DNA from: Eledone cirrhosa
Taxonomy: Eukaryota
Reading direction: 5' to 3'
Assembly (NCBI GenBank): GCA_964016885.1
Contig: OZ024747.1
Location: forward strand, 61,814,001-61,878,000
Length of the DNA: 64,000 nucleotides
Under the pieces are notes generated by a model. That model was not told the origin of the DNA, searched no databases, and saw only the letters and a list, made by a program, of their open reading frames with translations. Shown one piece after another: positions 1 through 15,000 of the stretch. Each line of letters begins with the position of its first letter. Position 1 is the stretch's first letter. A program made the position numbers and the translations under genes.

Positions 1-3000
1 CGTTGTGGACTCAGCCTCGTTCTGGACTCAGCCTCGTTCTGGACTCAGCCTCGTTCCGGACTCAGCCTCGTTCTGGACGCAACCTCGTTCTGGACTCAGC
101 CTCGTTCTGGACTCAGCTTCGTTCTGGACTCAGCCTCGTTCTGGACGCAGCCTCGTTCTGGACGCAGCCTCGTTCTGGACTCAGCCTCGTTCTGGACTCA
201 GCCTCGTTCTGGACTCAGCCTCGTTCTGGACACAGCCTCGTTCTGGACACAGCCTCGTTCTGAACTCAGCCTCGTTCTGTCACAGCCTCGTTCTGGACTC
301 AGCCTCGTTCTGGACTCAGCCTCGTTCTGGACTCAGCCTCGTTCTGGACGCAGCCTCGTTCTGGACGCAGCCTCGTTCTGGACGCAGCCTCGTTCTGGAC
401 TCAGCCTCGTTCTGGACTCAGCCTCGTTCTGGACACAGCCTCGTTCTGAACTCAGCCTCGTTCTGGTCTCAGCCTCGTTCTGGAATCAGCCTCGTTATGG
501 ACGCAGCCTCGTTCTGGAATCAGCCTCGTTCTGGACGCAGCCTCGTTCTGAACTCAGCCTCGTTCTCGACACAGCCTCGTTCTGGACTCAGCCTCGTTCT
601 GGACTCAGCCTCGTTCTGGACGCAACCTCGGTCTGGACTCAGCCTCGTTCTGGACGCAGCCTCGTTCTGGACTCAGCCTCGTTCTGGACTCAGCCTCGTT
701 CTGGACTCAGCCTCGTTCTGGACACAGCCTCGTTCTGAACTCAGCCTCGTTCTGGACACAGCCTCGTTCTGGACTCAGCCTCGTTCTGGACTCAGCCTCG
801 TTCTGGACTCAGCCTCGTTCTGGACTCAGCCTCGTTCTGGACACAGCCTCGTTCTGGACACAGCCTCGTTCTGAACTCAGCCTCGTTCTGGACACAGCCT
901 CGTTCTGGACTCAGCCTCGTTCTGGACGCAGCCTCGTTCTGGACTCAGCCTCGTTCTGGACGCAGCCTCGTTCTGGACTCAGCCTCGTTCTGGACTCAGC
1001 CTCGTTCTGGACTCAGCCTCGTTCTGGACACAGCCTCGTTCTGGACACAGCCTCGATCTGAACTCAGCCTCAGTCTGGACACAGCCTCGTTCTGGACTCA
1101 GCCTCGTTCTGGACTCAGCCTCGTTCTGGACTCAGCCTCGTTCTGGACGCAGCCTCGTTCTGGACTCAGCCTCGTTCTGAACTCAGCCTCGTTCTGGACG
1201 CAGCCTCGTTCTGGACGCAGCCTCGTTCTGGACACAGCCTCGTTCTGAACTCAGCCTCGTTCTGGACACAGCCTCGTTCTGGACTCAGCCTCGTTCTGGA
1301 CTCAGCCTCGTTCTGGACGCAGCCTCGTTCTGGACGCAGCCTCGTTCTGGACGCAGCCTCGTTCTGGACTCAGCCTCGTTCTGGACGCAGCCTCGTTCTG
1401 GACGCAGCCTCGTTCTGGACTCAGCCTCGTTCTGGACGCAGCCTCGTTCTGGACTCAGCCTCGTTCTGGACGCAGCCTCGTTCTGGACTCAGCCTCGTTC
1501 TGGACTCAGCCTCGTTCTGGACTCAGCCTCGTTCTGGACACAGCCTCGTTCTGAACTCAGCCTCGTTCTGGACACAGCCTCGTTCTGGACTCAGCCTCGT
1601 TCTGGACTCAGCCTCGTTCTGGACTCAGCCTCGTTCTGGACTCAGCCTCGTTCTGGACACAGCCTCGTTCTGGACACAGCCTCGTTCTGAACTCAGCCTC
1701 GTTCTGGACACAGCCTCGTTCTGGACTCAGCCTCGTTCTGGACGCAGCCTCGTTCTGGACTCAGCCTCGTTCTGGACGCAGCCTCGTTCTGGACTCAGCC
1801 TCGTTCTGGACTCAGCCTCGTTCTGGACTCAGCCTCGTTCTGGACACAGCCTGGTTCTGGACACAGCCTCGTTCTGAACTCAGCCTCGTTCTGGACTCAG
1901 CCTCGTTCTGGACACAGCCTCGTTCTGGACACAGCCTCGTTCTCAACTCAGCCTCGTTCTGGACTCAGCCTCGTTCTGGACTCAGCCTCGTTCTGGACTC
2001 AGCCTCGTTCTGGTCTCAGCCTCGTTCTGGACTCAGCCTCGTTCTCGACACAGCCTCGTTCTGGACTCAGCCTCGTTCTGGACACAGCCTCGTTCTGAAC
2101 TCAGCCTCGTTCTGGACACAGCCTCGTTCTGGACTCAGCCTCGTTCTGGAATCAGCCTCGTTCTGGACGCAGCCTCGTTCTGAACTCAGCCTCGTTCTCG
2201 ACACAGCCTCGTTCTGGACTCAGCCTCGTTCTGGACTCAGCCTCGTTCTGGACGCAGCCTCGTTCTGGACGCAGCCTCGTTCTGGACTCAGCCTCGTTCT
2301 GGACTCAGCCTCGTTCTGGACTCAGCCTCGTTCTGGTCTCAGCCTCGTTCTGGACTCAGCCTCGTTCTCGACACAGCCTCGTTCTGGACTCAGCCTCGTT
2401 CTGGACACAGCCTCGTTCTGAACTCAGCCTCGTTCTGGACACAGCCTCGTTCTGGACTCAGCCTCGTTCTGGAATCAGCCTCGTTCTGGACGCAGCCTCG
2501 TTCTGAACTCAGCCTCGTTCTCGACGCAGCCTCGTTCTGGACTCAGCCTCGTTCTGGACGCAGCCTCGTTCTGAACTCAGCCTCGTTCTGGACACAGCCT
2601 CGTTCTGGACTCAGCCTCGTTCTGGACTCAGCCTCGTTCTGGACTCAGCCTCGTTCTGGACGCAGCCTCGTTCTGGACTCAGCCTCGTTCTGAACTCAGC
2701 CTCGTTCTGGACGCAGCCTCGTTCTGGACGCAGCCTCGTTTGGACTCAGCCTCGTTCTGGACACAGCCTCGTTCTGGACACAGCCTCGTTCTGGACTCAG
2801 CCTCGTTCTGGACTCAGCCTCGTTCTGGACGCAGCCTCGTTCTGGACGCAGCCTCGTTCTGGACGCAGTCTCGTTCTGGTCTCAGCCTCGTTCTGGACTC
2901 AGCCTCGTTCTGGACGCAGCCTCGTTTTGGACGCAGCCTCGTTCTGGACTCAGCCTCGTTCTGGACGCAGCCTCGTTCTGGACTCAGCCTCGTTCTGGAC

Positions 3001-6000
3001 GCAGCCTCGTTCTGGACTCAGCCTCGTTCTGGATTCAGCCTCGTTCTGGACTCAGCCTCGTTCTGGACACAGCCTCGTTCTGAACTCAGCCTCGTTCTGG
3101 ACACAGCCTCGTTCTGGACTCAGCCTCGTTCTGGACTCAGCCTCGTTCTGGACTCAGCCTCGTTCTGGACACAGCCTCGTTCTGGACACAGCCTCGTTCT
3201 GAACTCAGCCTCGTTCTGGACACAGCCTCGTTCTGGACTCAGCCTCGTTCTGGACTCAGCCTCGTTCTGGACGCAGCCTCGTTCTGGACGCAGCCTCGTT
3301 CTGGACGCAGTCTCGTTCTGGTCTCAGCCTCGTTCTGGACTCAGCCTCGTTCTGGACGCAGCCTCGTTCTGGACGCAGCCTCGTTCTGGACTCAGCCTCG
3401 TTCTGGACGCAGCCTCGTTCTGGACTCAGCCTCGTTCTGGACGCAGCCTCGTTCTGGACTCAGCCTCGTTCTGGATTCAGCCTCGTTCTGGACTCAGCCT
3501 CGTTCTGGACACAGCCTCGTTCTGAACTCAGCCTCGTTCTGGACACAGCCTCGTTCTGGACTCAGCCTCGTTCTGGACTCAGCCTCGTTCTGGACACAGC
3601 CTCGTTCTGGACACAGCCTCGTTCTGAACTCAGCCTCGTTCTGGACACAGCCTCGTTCTGAACTCAGCCTCGTTCTGGACTCAGCCTCGTTCTGGACACA
3701 GCCTCATTCTGGACGCAGCCTCGTTCTGGACTCAGCCTCGTTCTGGACGCAGCCTCGTTCTGGACTCAGCCTCGTTCTGGATTCAGCCTCGTTCTGGAGA
3801 CAGCCTCGTTCTGGACTCAGCCTCGTTCTGGACGCAGCCTCGTTCTGGACTCAGCCTCGTTCTGGACGCAGCCTCGTTCTGGACTCAGCCTCGTTCTGGA
3901 CTCAGCCTCGTTCTGGACTCAGCCTCGTTCTGGACTCAGCCTCGTTCTGGACGCAACCTCGTTCTGGACTCAGCCTCGTTCTGGACTCAGCCTCGTTCTG
4001 GACTCAGCCTCGTTCTGGACGCAGCCTCGTTCTGGACGCAGCCTCGTTCTGGACTCAGCCTCGTTCTGGACGCAGCCTCGTTCTGGACTCAGCCTCGTTC
4101 TGGACGCAGCCTCGTTCTGGACTCAGCCTCGTTCTGGACTCAGCCTCGTTCTGGACTCAGCCTCGTTCTGGACACAGCCTCGTTCTGGACACAGCCTCGT
4201 TCTGAACTCAGCCTCGTTCTGTCACAGCCTCGTTCTGGACTCAGCCTCGTTCTGGACTCAGCCTCGTTCTGGACTCAGCCTCGTTCTGGACGCAGCCTCG
4301 TTCTGGACGCAGCCTCGTTCTGGACGCAGCCTCGTTCTGGATCAGCCTCGTTCTGGACTCAGCCTCGTTCTGGACACAGCCTCGTTCTGAACTCAGCCTC
4401 GTTCTGGTCTCAGCCTCGTTCTGGAATCAGCCTCGTTATGGACGCAGCCTCATTCTGGAATCAGCCACGTTCTGGACGCAGCCTCGTTCTGAACTCAGCC
4501 TCGTTCTCGACGCAGCCTCGTTCTCGACTCAGCCTCGTTCTGGACTCAGCCTCGTTCTGGACGCAACCTCGGTCTGGACTCAGCCTCGTTCTGGACGCAG
4601 CCTCGTTCTGGACTCAGCCTCGTTCTGGACTCAGCCTCGTTCTGGACTCAGCCTCGTTCTGGACACAGCCTCGTTCTGAACTCAGCCTCGTTCTGGACAC
4701 AGCCTCGTTCTGGACTCAGCCTCGTTCTGGACTCAGCCTCGTTCTGGACTCAGCCTCGTTCTGGACACAGCCTCGTTCTGGACACAGCCTCGTTCTGAAC
4801 TCAGCCTCGTTCTGGACACAGCCTCGTTCTGGACTCAGCCTCGTTCTGGACGCAGCCTCGTTCTGGACTCAGCCTCGTTCTGGACGCAGCCTCGTTCTGG
4901 ACTCAGCCTCGTTCTGGACTCAGCCTCGTTCTGGACTCAGCCTCGTTCTGGACACAGCCTCGTTCTGGACACAGCCTCGATCTGAACTCAGCCTCGTTCT
5001 GGACACAGCCTCGTTCTGGACTCAGCCTCGTTCTGGACTCAGCCTCGTTCTGGACTCAGCCTCGTTCTGGACGCAGCCTCGTTCTGGACTCAGCCTCGTT
5101 CTGAACTCAGCCTCGTTCTGGACGCAGCCTCGTTCTGGACGCAGCCTCGTTCTGGACACAGCCTCGTTCTGAACTCAGCCTCGTTCTGGACACAGCCTCG
5201 TTCTGGACTCAGCCTCGTTCTGGACTCAGCCTCGTTCTGGACGCAGCCTCGTTCTGGACGCAGCCTCGTTCTGGACGCAGCCTCGTTCTGGACTCAGCCT
5301 CGTTCTGGACGCAGCCTCGTTCTGGAAGCAGCCTCGTTCTGGACTCAGCCTCGTTCTGGACGCAGCCTCGTTCTGGACTCAGCCTCGTTCTGGACGCAGC
5401 CTCGTTCTGGACTCAGCCTCGTTCTGGACTCAGCCTCGTTCTGGACTCAGCCTGGTTCTGGACTCAGCCTCGTTCTGGACACAGCCTCGTTCTGAACTCA
5501 GCCTCGTTCTGGACACAGCCTCGTTCTGGACTCAGCCTCGTTCTGGACTCAGCCTCGTTCTGGACTCAGCCTCGTTCTGGACCTAGCCTCGTTCTGGACA
5601 CAGCCTCGTTCTGGACACAGCCTCGTTCTGAACTCAGCCTCGTTCTGGACACAGCCTCGTTCTGGACTCAGCCTCGTTCTGGACGCAGCCTCGTTCTGGA
5701 CTCAGCCTCGTTCTGGACTCAGCCTCGTTCTGGACTCAGCCTCGTTCTGGACTCAGCCTCGTTCTGGACACAGCCTCGTTCTGGACACAGCCTGGTTCTG
5801 GACACAGCCTCGTTCTGAACTCAGCCTCGTTCTGGACTCAGCCTCGTTCTGGACACAGCCTCGTTCTGGACACAGCCTCGTTCTGAACTCAGCCTCGTTC
5901 TGGAGACAGCCTCGTTCTGGACTCAGCCTCGTTCTGGACGCAGCCTCGTTCTGGACTCAGCCTCGTTCTGGACGCAGCCTCGTTCTGGACTCAGCCTCGT

Positions 6001-9000
6001 TCTGGACTCAGCCTCGTTCTGGACTCAGCCTCGTTCTGGACGCAACCTCGTTCTGGACTCAGCCTCGTTCTGGACTCAGCCTCGTTCTGGACTCAGCCTC
6101 GTTCTGGACGCAGCCTCGTTCTGGACGCAGCCTCGTTCTGGACTCAGCCTCGTTCTGGACGCAGCCTCGTTCTGGACTCAGCCTCGTTCTGGACGCAGCC
6201 TCGTTCTGGACTCAGCCTCGTTCTGGACTAAGCCTCGTTCTGGACTCAGCCTCGTTCTGGACACAGCCTCGTTCTGAACTCAGCCTCGTTCTGGACACAG
6301 CCTCGTTCTGGATTCAGCCTCGTTCTGGACTCAGCCTCGTTCTGGACTCAGCCTCGTTCTGGACTCAGCCTCGTTCTGGACACAGCCTCGTTCTGGACAC
6401 AGCCTCGTTCTGAACTCAGCCTCGTTCTGGACACAGCCTCGTTCTGGACTCAGCCTCGTTCTGGACGCAGCCTCGTTCTGGACTCAGCCTCGTTCTGGAC
6501 GCAGCCTCGTTCTGGACTCAGCCTCGTTCTGGACTCAGCCTCGTTCTGGACTCAGCCTCGTTCTGGACACAGCCTCGTTCTGGACACAGCCTCGATCTGA
6601 ACTCAGCCTCGTTCTGGACACAGCCTCGTTCTGGACTCAGCCTCGTTCTGGACTCAGCCTCGTTCTGGACTCAGCCTCGTTCTGGACGCAGCCTCGTTCT
6701 GGACTCAGCCTCGTTCTGAACTCAGCCTCGTTCTGGACGCAGCCTCGTTCTGGACGCAGCCTCGTTCTGGACACAGCCTCGTTCTGAACTCAGCCTCGTT
6801 CTGGACACAGCCTCGTTCTGGACTCAGCCTCGTTCTGGACACAGCCTCGTTCTGGACGCAGCCTCGTTCTGGACGCAGCCTCGTTCTGGACGCAGCCTCG
6901 TTCTGGACTCAGCCTCGTTCTGGACGCAGCCTCGTTCTGGACGCAGCCTCGTTCTGGACTCAGCCTCGTTCTGGACGCAGCCTCGTTCTGGACTCAGCCT
7001 CGTTCTGGACTCAGCCTCGTTCTGGACGCAGCCTCGTTCTGGACTCAGCCTCGTTCTGGACTCAGCCTCGTTCTGGACTCAGCCTCGTTCTGGACACAGC
7101 CTCGTTCTGAACTCAGCCTCGTTCTGGACTCAGCCTCGTTCTGGACGCAACCTCGTTCTGGACTCAGCCTCGTTCTGGACTCAGCCTCGTTCTGGACGCA
7201 GCCTCGTTCTGGACTCAGCCTCGTTCTGGACGCAGCCTCGTTCTGGACTCAGCCTCGTTCTGGACGCAGCCTCGTTCTGGACTCAGCCTCGTTCTGGACT
7301 AAGCCTCGTTCTGGACTCAGCCTCGTTCTGGACACAGCCTCGTTCTGGACACAGCCTCGTTCTGAACTCAGCCTCGTTCTGGACACAGCCTCGTTCTGGA
7401 CTCAGCCTCGTTCTGGACTCAGCCTCGTTCTGGACTCAGCCTCGTTCTGGACTCAGCCTCGTTCTGGACACAGCCTCGTTCTGGACACAGCCTCGTTCTG
7501 AACTCAGCCTCGTTCTGGACACAGCCTCGTTCTGGACTCAGCCTCGTTCTGGACGCAGCCTCGTTCTGGACTCAGCCTCGTTCTGGACGCAGCCTCGTTC
7601 TGGACTCAGCCTCATTCTGGACTCAGCCTCGTTCTGGACTCAGCCTCGTTCTGGACACAGCCTCGTTCTGGACACAGCCTCGATCTGAACTCAGCCTCGT
7701 TCTGGACACAGCCTCGTTCTGGACTCAGCCTCGTTCTGGACTCAGCCTCGTTCTGGACGCAGCCTCGTTCTGGACTCAGCCTCGTTCTGAACTCAGCCTC
7801 GTTCTGGACGCAGCCTCGTTCTGGACGCAGCCTCGTTCTGGACACAGCCTCGTTCTGAACTCAGCCTCGTTCTGGACACAGCCTCGTTCTGGACTCAGCC
7901 TCGTTCTGGACTCAGCCTCGTTCTGGACGCAGCCTCGTTCTGGACGCAGCCTCGTTCTGGACGCAGCCTCGTTCTGGACTCAGCCTCGTTCTGGACGCAG
8001 CCTCGTTCTGGACGCAGCCTCGTTCTGGACTCAGCCTCGTTCTGGACGCAGCCTCGTTCTGGACTCAGCCTCGTTCTGAACTCAGCCTCGTTCTGGACAC
8101 AGCCTCGTTCTGGACTCAGCCTCGTTCTGGACTCAGCCTCGTTCTGGACGCAGCCTCGTTCTGGACGCAGCCTCGTTCTGGACGCAGCCTCGTTCTGGAC
8201 TCAGCCTCGTTCTGGACGCAGCCTCGTTCTGGAAGCAGCCTCGTTCTGGACTCAGCCTCGTTCTGGACGCAGCCTCGTTCTGGACTCAGCCTCGTTCTGG
8301 ACGCAGCCTCGTTCTGGACTCAGCCTCGTTCTGGACTCAGCCTCGTTCTGGACTCAGCCTGGTTCTGGACTCAGCCTCGTTCTGGACACAGCCTCGTTCT
8401 GAACTCAGCCTCGTTCTGGACACAGCCTCGTTCTGGACTCAGCCTCGTTCTGGACTCAGCCTCGTTCTGGACTCAGCCTCGTTCTGGACCTAGCCTCGTT
8501 CTGGACACAGCCTCGTTCTGGACACAGCCTCGTTCTGAACTCAGCCTCGTTCTGGACACAGCCTCGTTCTGGACTCAGCCTCGTTCTGGACGCAGCCTCG
8601 TTCTGGACTCAGCCTCGTTCTGGACTCAGCCTCGTTCTGGACTCAGCCTCGTTCTGGACTCAGCCTCGTTCTGGACACAGCCTCGTTCTGGACACAGCCT
8701 GGTTCTGGACACAGCCTCGTTCTGAACTCAGCCTCGTTCTGGACTCAGCCTCGTTCTGGACACAGCCTCGTTCTGGACACAGCCTCGTTCTGAACTCAGC
8801 CTCGTTCTGGAGACAGCCTCGTTCTGGACTCAGCCTCGTTCTGGACGCAGCCTCGTTCTGGACTCAGCCTCGTTCTGGACGCAGCCTCGTTCTGGACTCA
8901 GCCTCGTTCTGGACTCAGCCTCGTTCTGGACTCAGCCTCGTTCTGGACGCAACCTCGTTCTGGACTCAGCCTCGTTCTGGACTCAGCCTCGTTCTGGACT

Positions 9001-12000
9001 CAGCCTCGTTCTGGACGCAGCCTCGTTCTGGACGCAGCCTCGTTCTGGACTCAGCCTCGTTCTGGACGCAGCCTCGTTCTGGACTCAGCCTCGTTCTGGA
9101 CGCAGCCTCGTTCTGGACTCAGCCTCGTTCTGGACTAAGCCTCGTTCTGGACTCAGCCTCGTTCTGGACACAGCCTCGTTCTGAACTCAGCCTCGTTCTG
9201 GACACAGCCTCGTTCTGGATTCAGCCTCGTTCTGGACTCAGCCTCGTTCTGGACTCAGCCTCGTTCTGGACTCAGCCTCGTTCTGGACACAGCCTCGTTC
9301 TGGACACAGCCTCGTTCTGAACTCAGCCTCGTTCTGGACACAGCCTCGTTCTGGACTCAGCCTCGTTCTGGACGCAGCCTCGTTCTGGACTCAGCCTCGT
9401 TCTGGACGCAGCCTCGTTCTGGACTCAGCCTCGTTCTGGACTCAGCCTCGTTCTGGACTCAGCCTCGTTCTGGACACAGCCTCGTTCTGGACACAGCCTC
9501 GATCTGAACTCAGCCTCGTTCTGGACACAGCCTCGTTCTGGACTCAGCCTCGTTCTGGACTCAGCCTCGTTCTGGACTCAGCCTCGTTCTGGACGCAGCC
9601 TCGTTCTGGACTCAGCCTCGTTCTGAACTCAGCCTCGTTCTGGACGCAGCCTCGTTCTGGACGCAGCCTCGTTCTGGACACAGCCTCGTTCTGAACTCAG
9701 CCTCGTTCTGGACACAGCCTCGTTCTGGACTCAGCCTCGTTCTGGACACAGCCTCGTTCTGGACGCAGCCTCGTTCTGGACGCAGCCTCGTTCTGGACGC
9801 AGCCTCGTTCTGGACTCAGCCTCGTTCTGGACGCAGCCTCGTTCTGGACGCAGCCTCGTTCTGGACTCAGCCTCGTTCTGGACGCAGCCTCGTTCTGGAC
9901 TCAGCCTCGTTCTGGACTCAGCCTCGTTCTGGACGCAGCCTCGTTCTGGACTCAGCCTCGTTCTGGACTCAGCCTCGTTCTGGACTCAGCCTCGTTCTGG
10001 ACACAGCCTCGTTCTGAACTCAGCCTCGTTCTGGACTCAGCCTCGTTCTGGACGCAACCTCGTTCTGGACTCAGCCTCGTTCTGGACTCAGCCTCGTTCT
10101 GGACGCAGCCTCGTTCTGGACTCAGCCTCGTTCTGGACGCAGCCTCGTTCTGGACTCAGCCTCGTTCTGGACGCAGCCTCGTTCTGGACTCAGCCTCGTT
10201 CTGGACTAAGCCTCGTTCTGGACTCAGCCTCGTTCTGGACACAGCCTCGTTCTGGACACAGCCTCGTTCTGAACTCAGCCTCGTTCTGGACACAGCCTCG
10301 TTCTGGACTCAGCCTCGTTCTGGACTCAGCCTCGTTCTGGACTCAGCCTCGTTCTGGACTCAGCCTCGTTCTGGACACAGCCTCGTTCTGGACACAGCCT
10401 CGTTCTGAACTCAGCCTCGTTCTGGACACAGCCTCGTTCTGGACTCAGCCTCGTTCTGGACGCAGCCTCGTTCTGGACTCAGCCTCGTTCTGGACGCAGC
10501 CTCGTTCTGGACTCAGCCTCATTCTGGACTCAGCCTCGTTCTGGACTCAGCCTCGTTCTGGACACAGCCTCGTTCTGGACACAGCCTCGATCTGAACTCA
10601 GCCTCGTTCTGGACACAGCCTCGTTCTGGACTCAGCCTCGTTCTGGACTCAGCCTCGTTCTGGACGCAGCCTCGTTCTGGACTCAGCCTCGTTCTGAACT
10701 CAGCCTCGTTCTGGACGCAGCCTCGTTCTGGACGCAGCCTCGTTCTGGACACAGCCTCGTTCTGAACTCAGCCTCGTTCTGGACACAGCCTCGTTCTGGA
10801 CTCAGCCTCGTTCTGGACTCAGCCTCGTTCTGGACGCAGCCTCGTTCTGGACGCAGCCTCGTTCTGGACGCAGCCTCGTTCTGGACTCAGCCTCGTTCTG
10901 GACGCAGCCTCGTTCTGGACGCAGCCTCGTTCTGGACTCAGCCTCGTTCTGGACGCAGCCTCGTTCTGGACTCAGCCTCGTTCTGGACACAGCCTCGTTC
11001 TGGACACAGCCTCGTTCTGAACTCAGCCTCGTTCTGGACACAGCCTCGTTCTGGACTCAGCCTCGTTCTGGACGCAGCCTCGTTCTGGACGCAGCCTCGT
11101 TCTGGACTCAGCCTCGTTCTGGACGCAGCCTCGTTCTGGACTCAGCCTCGTTCTGGACGCAGCCTCGTTCTGGACGCAACCTCGTTCTGGACGCAGCCTC
11201 GTTCTGGACTCAGCCTCGTTCTGGACTCAGCCTCGTTCTGGACACAGCCTCGTTCTGAACTCAGCCTCGTTCTAGTACACAGCCTCGTTCTGGACTCAGC
11301 CTCGTTCTGGACTCAGCCTCGTTCTGGACTCAGCCTCGTTCTGGACTCAGCCTCGTTCTGGACACAGCCTCGTTCTGGACACAGCCTCGTTCTGAACTCA
11401 GCCTCGTTCTGGACACAGCCTCGTTCTGGACTCAGCCTCGTTCTGGACGCAGCCTCGTTCTGGACTCAGCCTCGTTCTGGACGCAGCCTCGTTCTGGACT
11501 CAGCCTCGTTCTGGACTCAGCCTCGTTCTGGACTCAGCCTCGTTCTGGACTCAGCCTCGTTCTGGACGCAACCTCGTTCTGGACGCAGCCTCGTTCTGGA
11601 CTCAGCCTCGTTCTGGAATCAGCCTCGTTCTGAACTAGCCTCGTTCTGGACGCAGCCTCGTTCTGGACGCAGCCTCGTTTGGACTCAGCCTCGTTCTGGA
11701 CACAGCCTCGTTCTGGACTCAGCCTCGTTCTGGACTCAGCCTCGTTCTGGACTCAGCCTCGTTCTGGACTCAGCCTCGGTCTGGACACAGCCTCGTTCTG
11801 GACTCAGCCTCGTTCTGGACACAGCCTCGTTCTGGACGCAGCCTCGTTCTGAACTCAGCCTCGTTCTGGGCGCAGCCTCGTTCTGGACGCAGCCTCGTTT
11901 GGACTCAGCCTCGTTCTGGACACAGCCTCGTTCTGGACTCAGCCTCGTTCTGGACTCAGCCTCGTTCTGAACTCAGCCTCGTTCTGGACGCAGCCTCGTT

Positions 12001-15000
12001 CTGGACTCAGCCTCGTTCTGGACACAGCCTCGTTCTGGACTCAGCCTCTTTCTGGGCTCAGCCTCGTTCTGGACGCAGCCTCGTTTTGGACGCAGCCTCG
12101 TTCTGGACTCAGCCTCGTTCTGGACGCAGCCTCGTTCTGGACTCAGCCTCGTTCTGGACTCAGCCTCGTTCTGGACTCAGCCTCGTTCTGGACTCAGCCT
12201 CGTTCTGGACTCAGCCTCGTTCTGAACTCAGCCTTGTTCTGGACTCAGCCTCGTTCTGGACTCAGCCTCGTTCTGGACGCAGCCTCGTTCTGGACGCAGC
12301 CTCGTTCTGGACTCAGCCTCGTTCTGGACGCAGCCTCGTTCTGGACTCAGCCTCGTTCTGGACGCAGCCTCGTTCTGGACTCAGCCTCGTTCTGGACTCA
12401 GCTTCGTTCTGGACTCAGCCTCGTTCTGGACGCAGCCTCGTTCTGGACTCAGCCTCGTTCTGGACTCAGCCTCGTTCTGGACTCAGCCTCGTTCTGGACA
12501 CAGCCTCGTTCTGGACTCAGCCTCGTTCTGGACTCAGCCTCGTTCTGGACGCAGCCTCGTTCTGGACGCAGCCTCGTTCTGGACGCAGCCTCGTTCTGGA
12601 CTCAGCCTCGTTCTGGACGCAGCCTCGTTCTGGAAGCAGCCTCGTTCTGGACTCAGCCTCGTTCTGGACGCAGCCTCGTTCTGGACTCAGCCTCGTTCTG
12701 GACGCAGCCTCGTTCTGGACTCAGCCTCGTTCTGGACTCAGCCTCGTTCTGGACTCAGCCTCGTTCTGGACTCAGCCTCGTTCTGGACACAGCCTCGTTC
12801 TGAACTCAGCCTCGTTCTGGACACAGCCTCGTTCTGGACTCAGCCTCGTTCTGGACTCAGCCTCGTTCTGGACTCAGCCTCGTTCTGGACCTAGCCTCGT
12901 TCTGGACACAGCCTCGTTCTGGACACAGCCTCGTTCTGAACTCAGCCTCGTTCTGGACACAGCCTCGTTCTGGACTCAGCCTCGTTCTGGACGCAGCCTC
13001 GTTCTGGATTCAGCCTCGTTCTGGACTCAGCCTCGTTCTGGACTCAGCCTCGTTCTGGACTCAGCCTCGTTCTGGACACAGCCTCGTTCTGGACACAGCC
13101 TGGTTCTGGACACAGCCTCGTTCTGAACTCAGCCTCGTTCTGGACTCAGCCTCGTTCTGGACACAGCCTCGTTCTGGACACAGCCTCGTTCTGAACTCAG
13201 CCTCGTTCTGGAGACAGCCTCGTTCTGGACTCAGCCTCGTTCTGGACGCAGCCTCGTTCTGGACTCAGCCTCGTTCTGGACGCAGCCTCGTTCTGGACTC
13301 AGCCTCGTTCTGGACTCAGCCTCGTTCTGGACTCAGCCTCGTTCTGGACGCAACCTCGTTCTGGACTCAGCCTCGTTCTGGACTCAGCCTCGTTCTCGAC
13401 TCAGCCTCGTTCTGGACGCAGCCTCGTTCTGGACGCAGCCTCGTTCTGGACTCAGCCTCGTTCTGGACGCAGCCTCGTTCTGGACTCAGCCTCGTTCTGG
13501 ACGCAGCCTCGTTCTGGACTCAGCCTCGTTCTGGACTAAGCCTCGTTCTGGACTCAGCCTCGTTCTGGACACAGCCTCGTTCTGAACTCAGCCTCGTTCT
13601 GGACACAGCCTCGTTCTGGATTCAGCCTCGTTCTGGACTCAGCCTCGTTCTGGACTCAGCCTCGTTCTGGACTCAGCCTCGTTCTGGACACAGCCTCGTT
13701 CTGGACACAGCCTCGTTCTGAACTCAGCCTCGTTCTGGACACAGCCTCGTTCTGGACTCAGCCTCGTTCTGGACGCAGCCTCGTTCTGGACTCAGCCTCG
13801 TTCTGGACGCAGCCTCGTTCTGGACTCAGCCTCGTTCTGGACTCAGCCTCGTTCTGGACTCAGCCTCGTTCTGGACACAGCCTCGTTCTGGACACAGCCT
13901 CGATCTGAACTCAGCCTCGTTCTGGACACAGCCTCGTTCTGGACTCAGCCTCGTTCTGGACTCAGCCTCGTTCTGGACTCAGCCTCGTTCTGGACGCAGC
14001 CTCGTTCTGGACTCAGCCTCGTTCTGAACTCAGCCTCGTTCTGGACGCAGCCTCGTTCTGGACGCAGCCTCGTTCTGGACACAGCCTCGTTCTGAACTCA
14101 GCCTCGTTCTGGACACAGCCTCGTTCTGGACTCAGCCTCGTTCTGGACTCAGCCTCGTTCTGGACGCAGCCTCGTTCTGGACGCAGCCTCGTTCTGGACG
14201 CAGCCTCGTTCTGGACTCAGCCTCGTTCTGGACGCAGCCTCGTTCTGGACGCAGCCTCGTTCTGGACTCAGCCTCGTTCTGGACGCAGCCTCGTTCTGGA
14301 CTCAGCCTCGTTCTGGACTCAGCCTCGTTCTGGACGCAGCCTCGTTCTGGACTCAGCCTCGTTCTGGACTCAGCCTCGTTTTGGACTCAGCCTCGTTCTG
14401 GACACAGCCTCGTTCTGAACTCAGCCTCGTTCTGGACTCAGCCTCGTTCTGGACCCAACCTCGTTCTGGACTCAGCCTCGTTCTGGACTCAGCCTCGTTC
14501 TGGACGCCGCCTCGTTCTGGACTCAGCCTCGTTCTGGACGCAGCCTCGTTCTGGACTCAGCCTCGTTCTGGACGCAGCCTCGTTCTGGACTCAGCCTCGT
14601 TCTGGACTAAGCCTCGTTCTGGACTCAGCCTCGTTCTGGACACAGCCTCGTTCTGGACACAGCCTCGTTCTGAACTCAGCCTCGTTCTGGACACAGCCTC
14701 GTTCTGGACTCAGCCTCGTTCTGGACTCAGCCTCGTTCTGGACTCAGCCTCGTTCTGGACTCAGCCTCGTTCTGGACACAGCCTCGTTCTGGACTCAGCC
14801 TCGTTCTGGACACAGCCTCGTTCTGGACTCAGCCTCGTTCTGGACGCAGCCTCGTTCTGGACTCAGCCTCGTTCTGGACGCAGCCTCGTTCTGGACTCAG
14901 CCTCATTCTGGACTCAGCCTCGTTCTGGACTCAGCCTCGTTCTGGACACAGCCTCGTTCTGGACACAGCCTCGATCTGAACTCAGCCTCGTTCTGGACAC

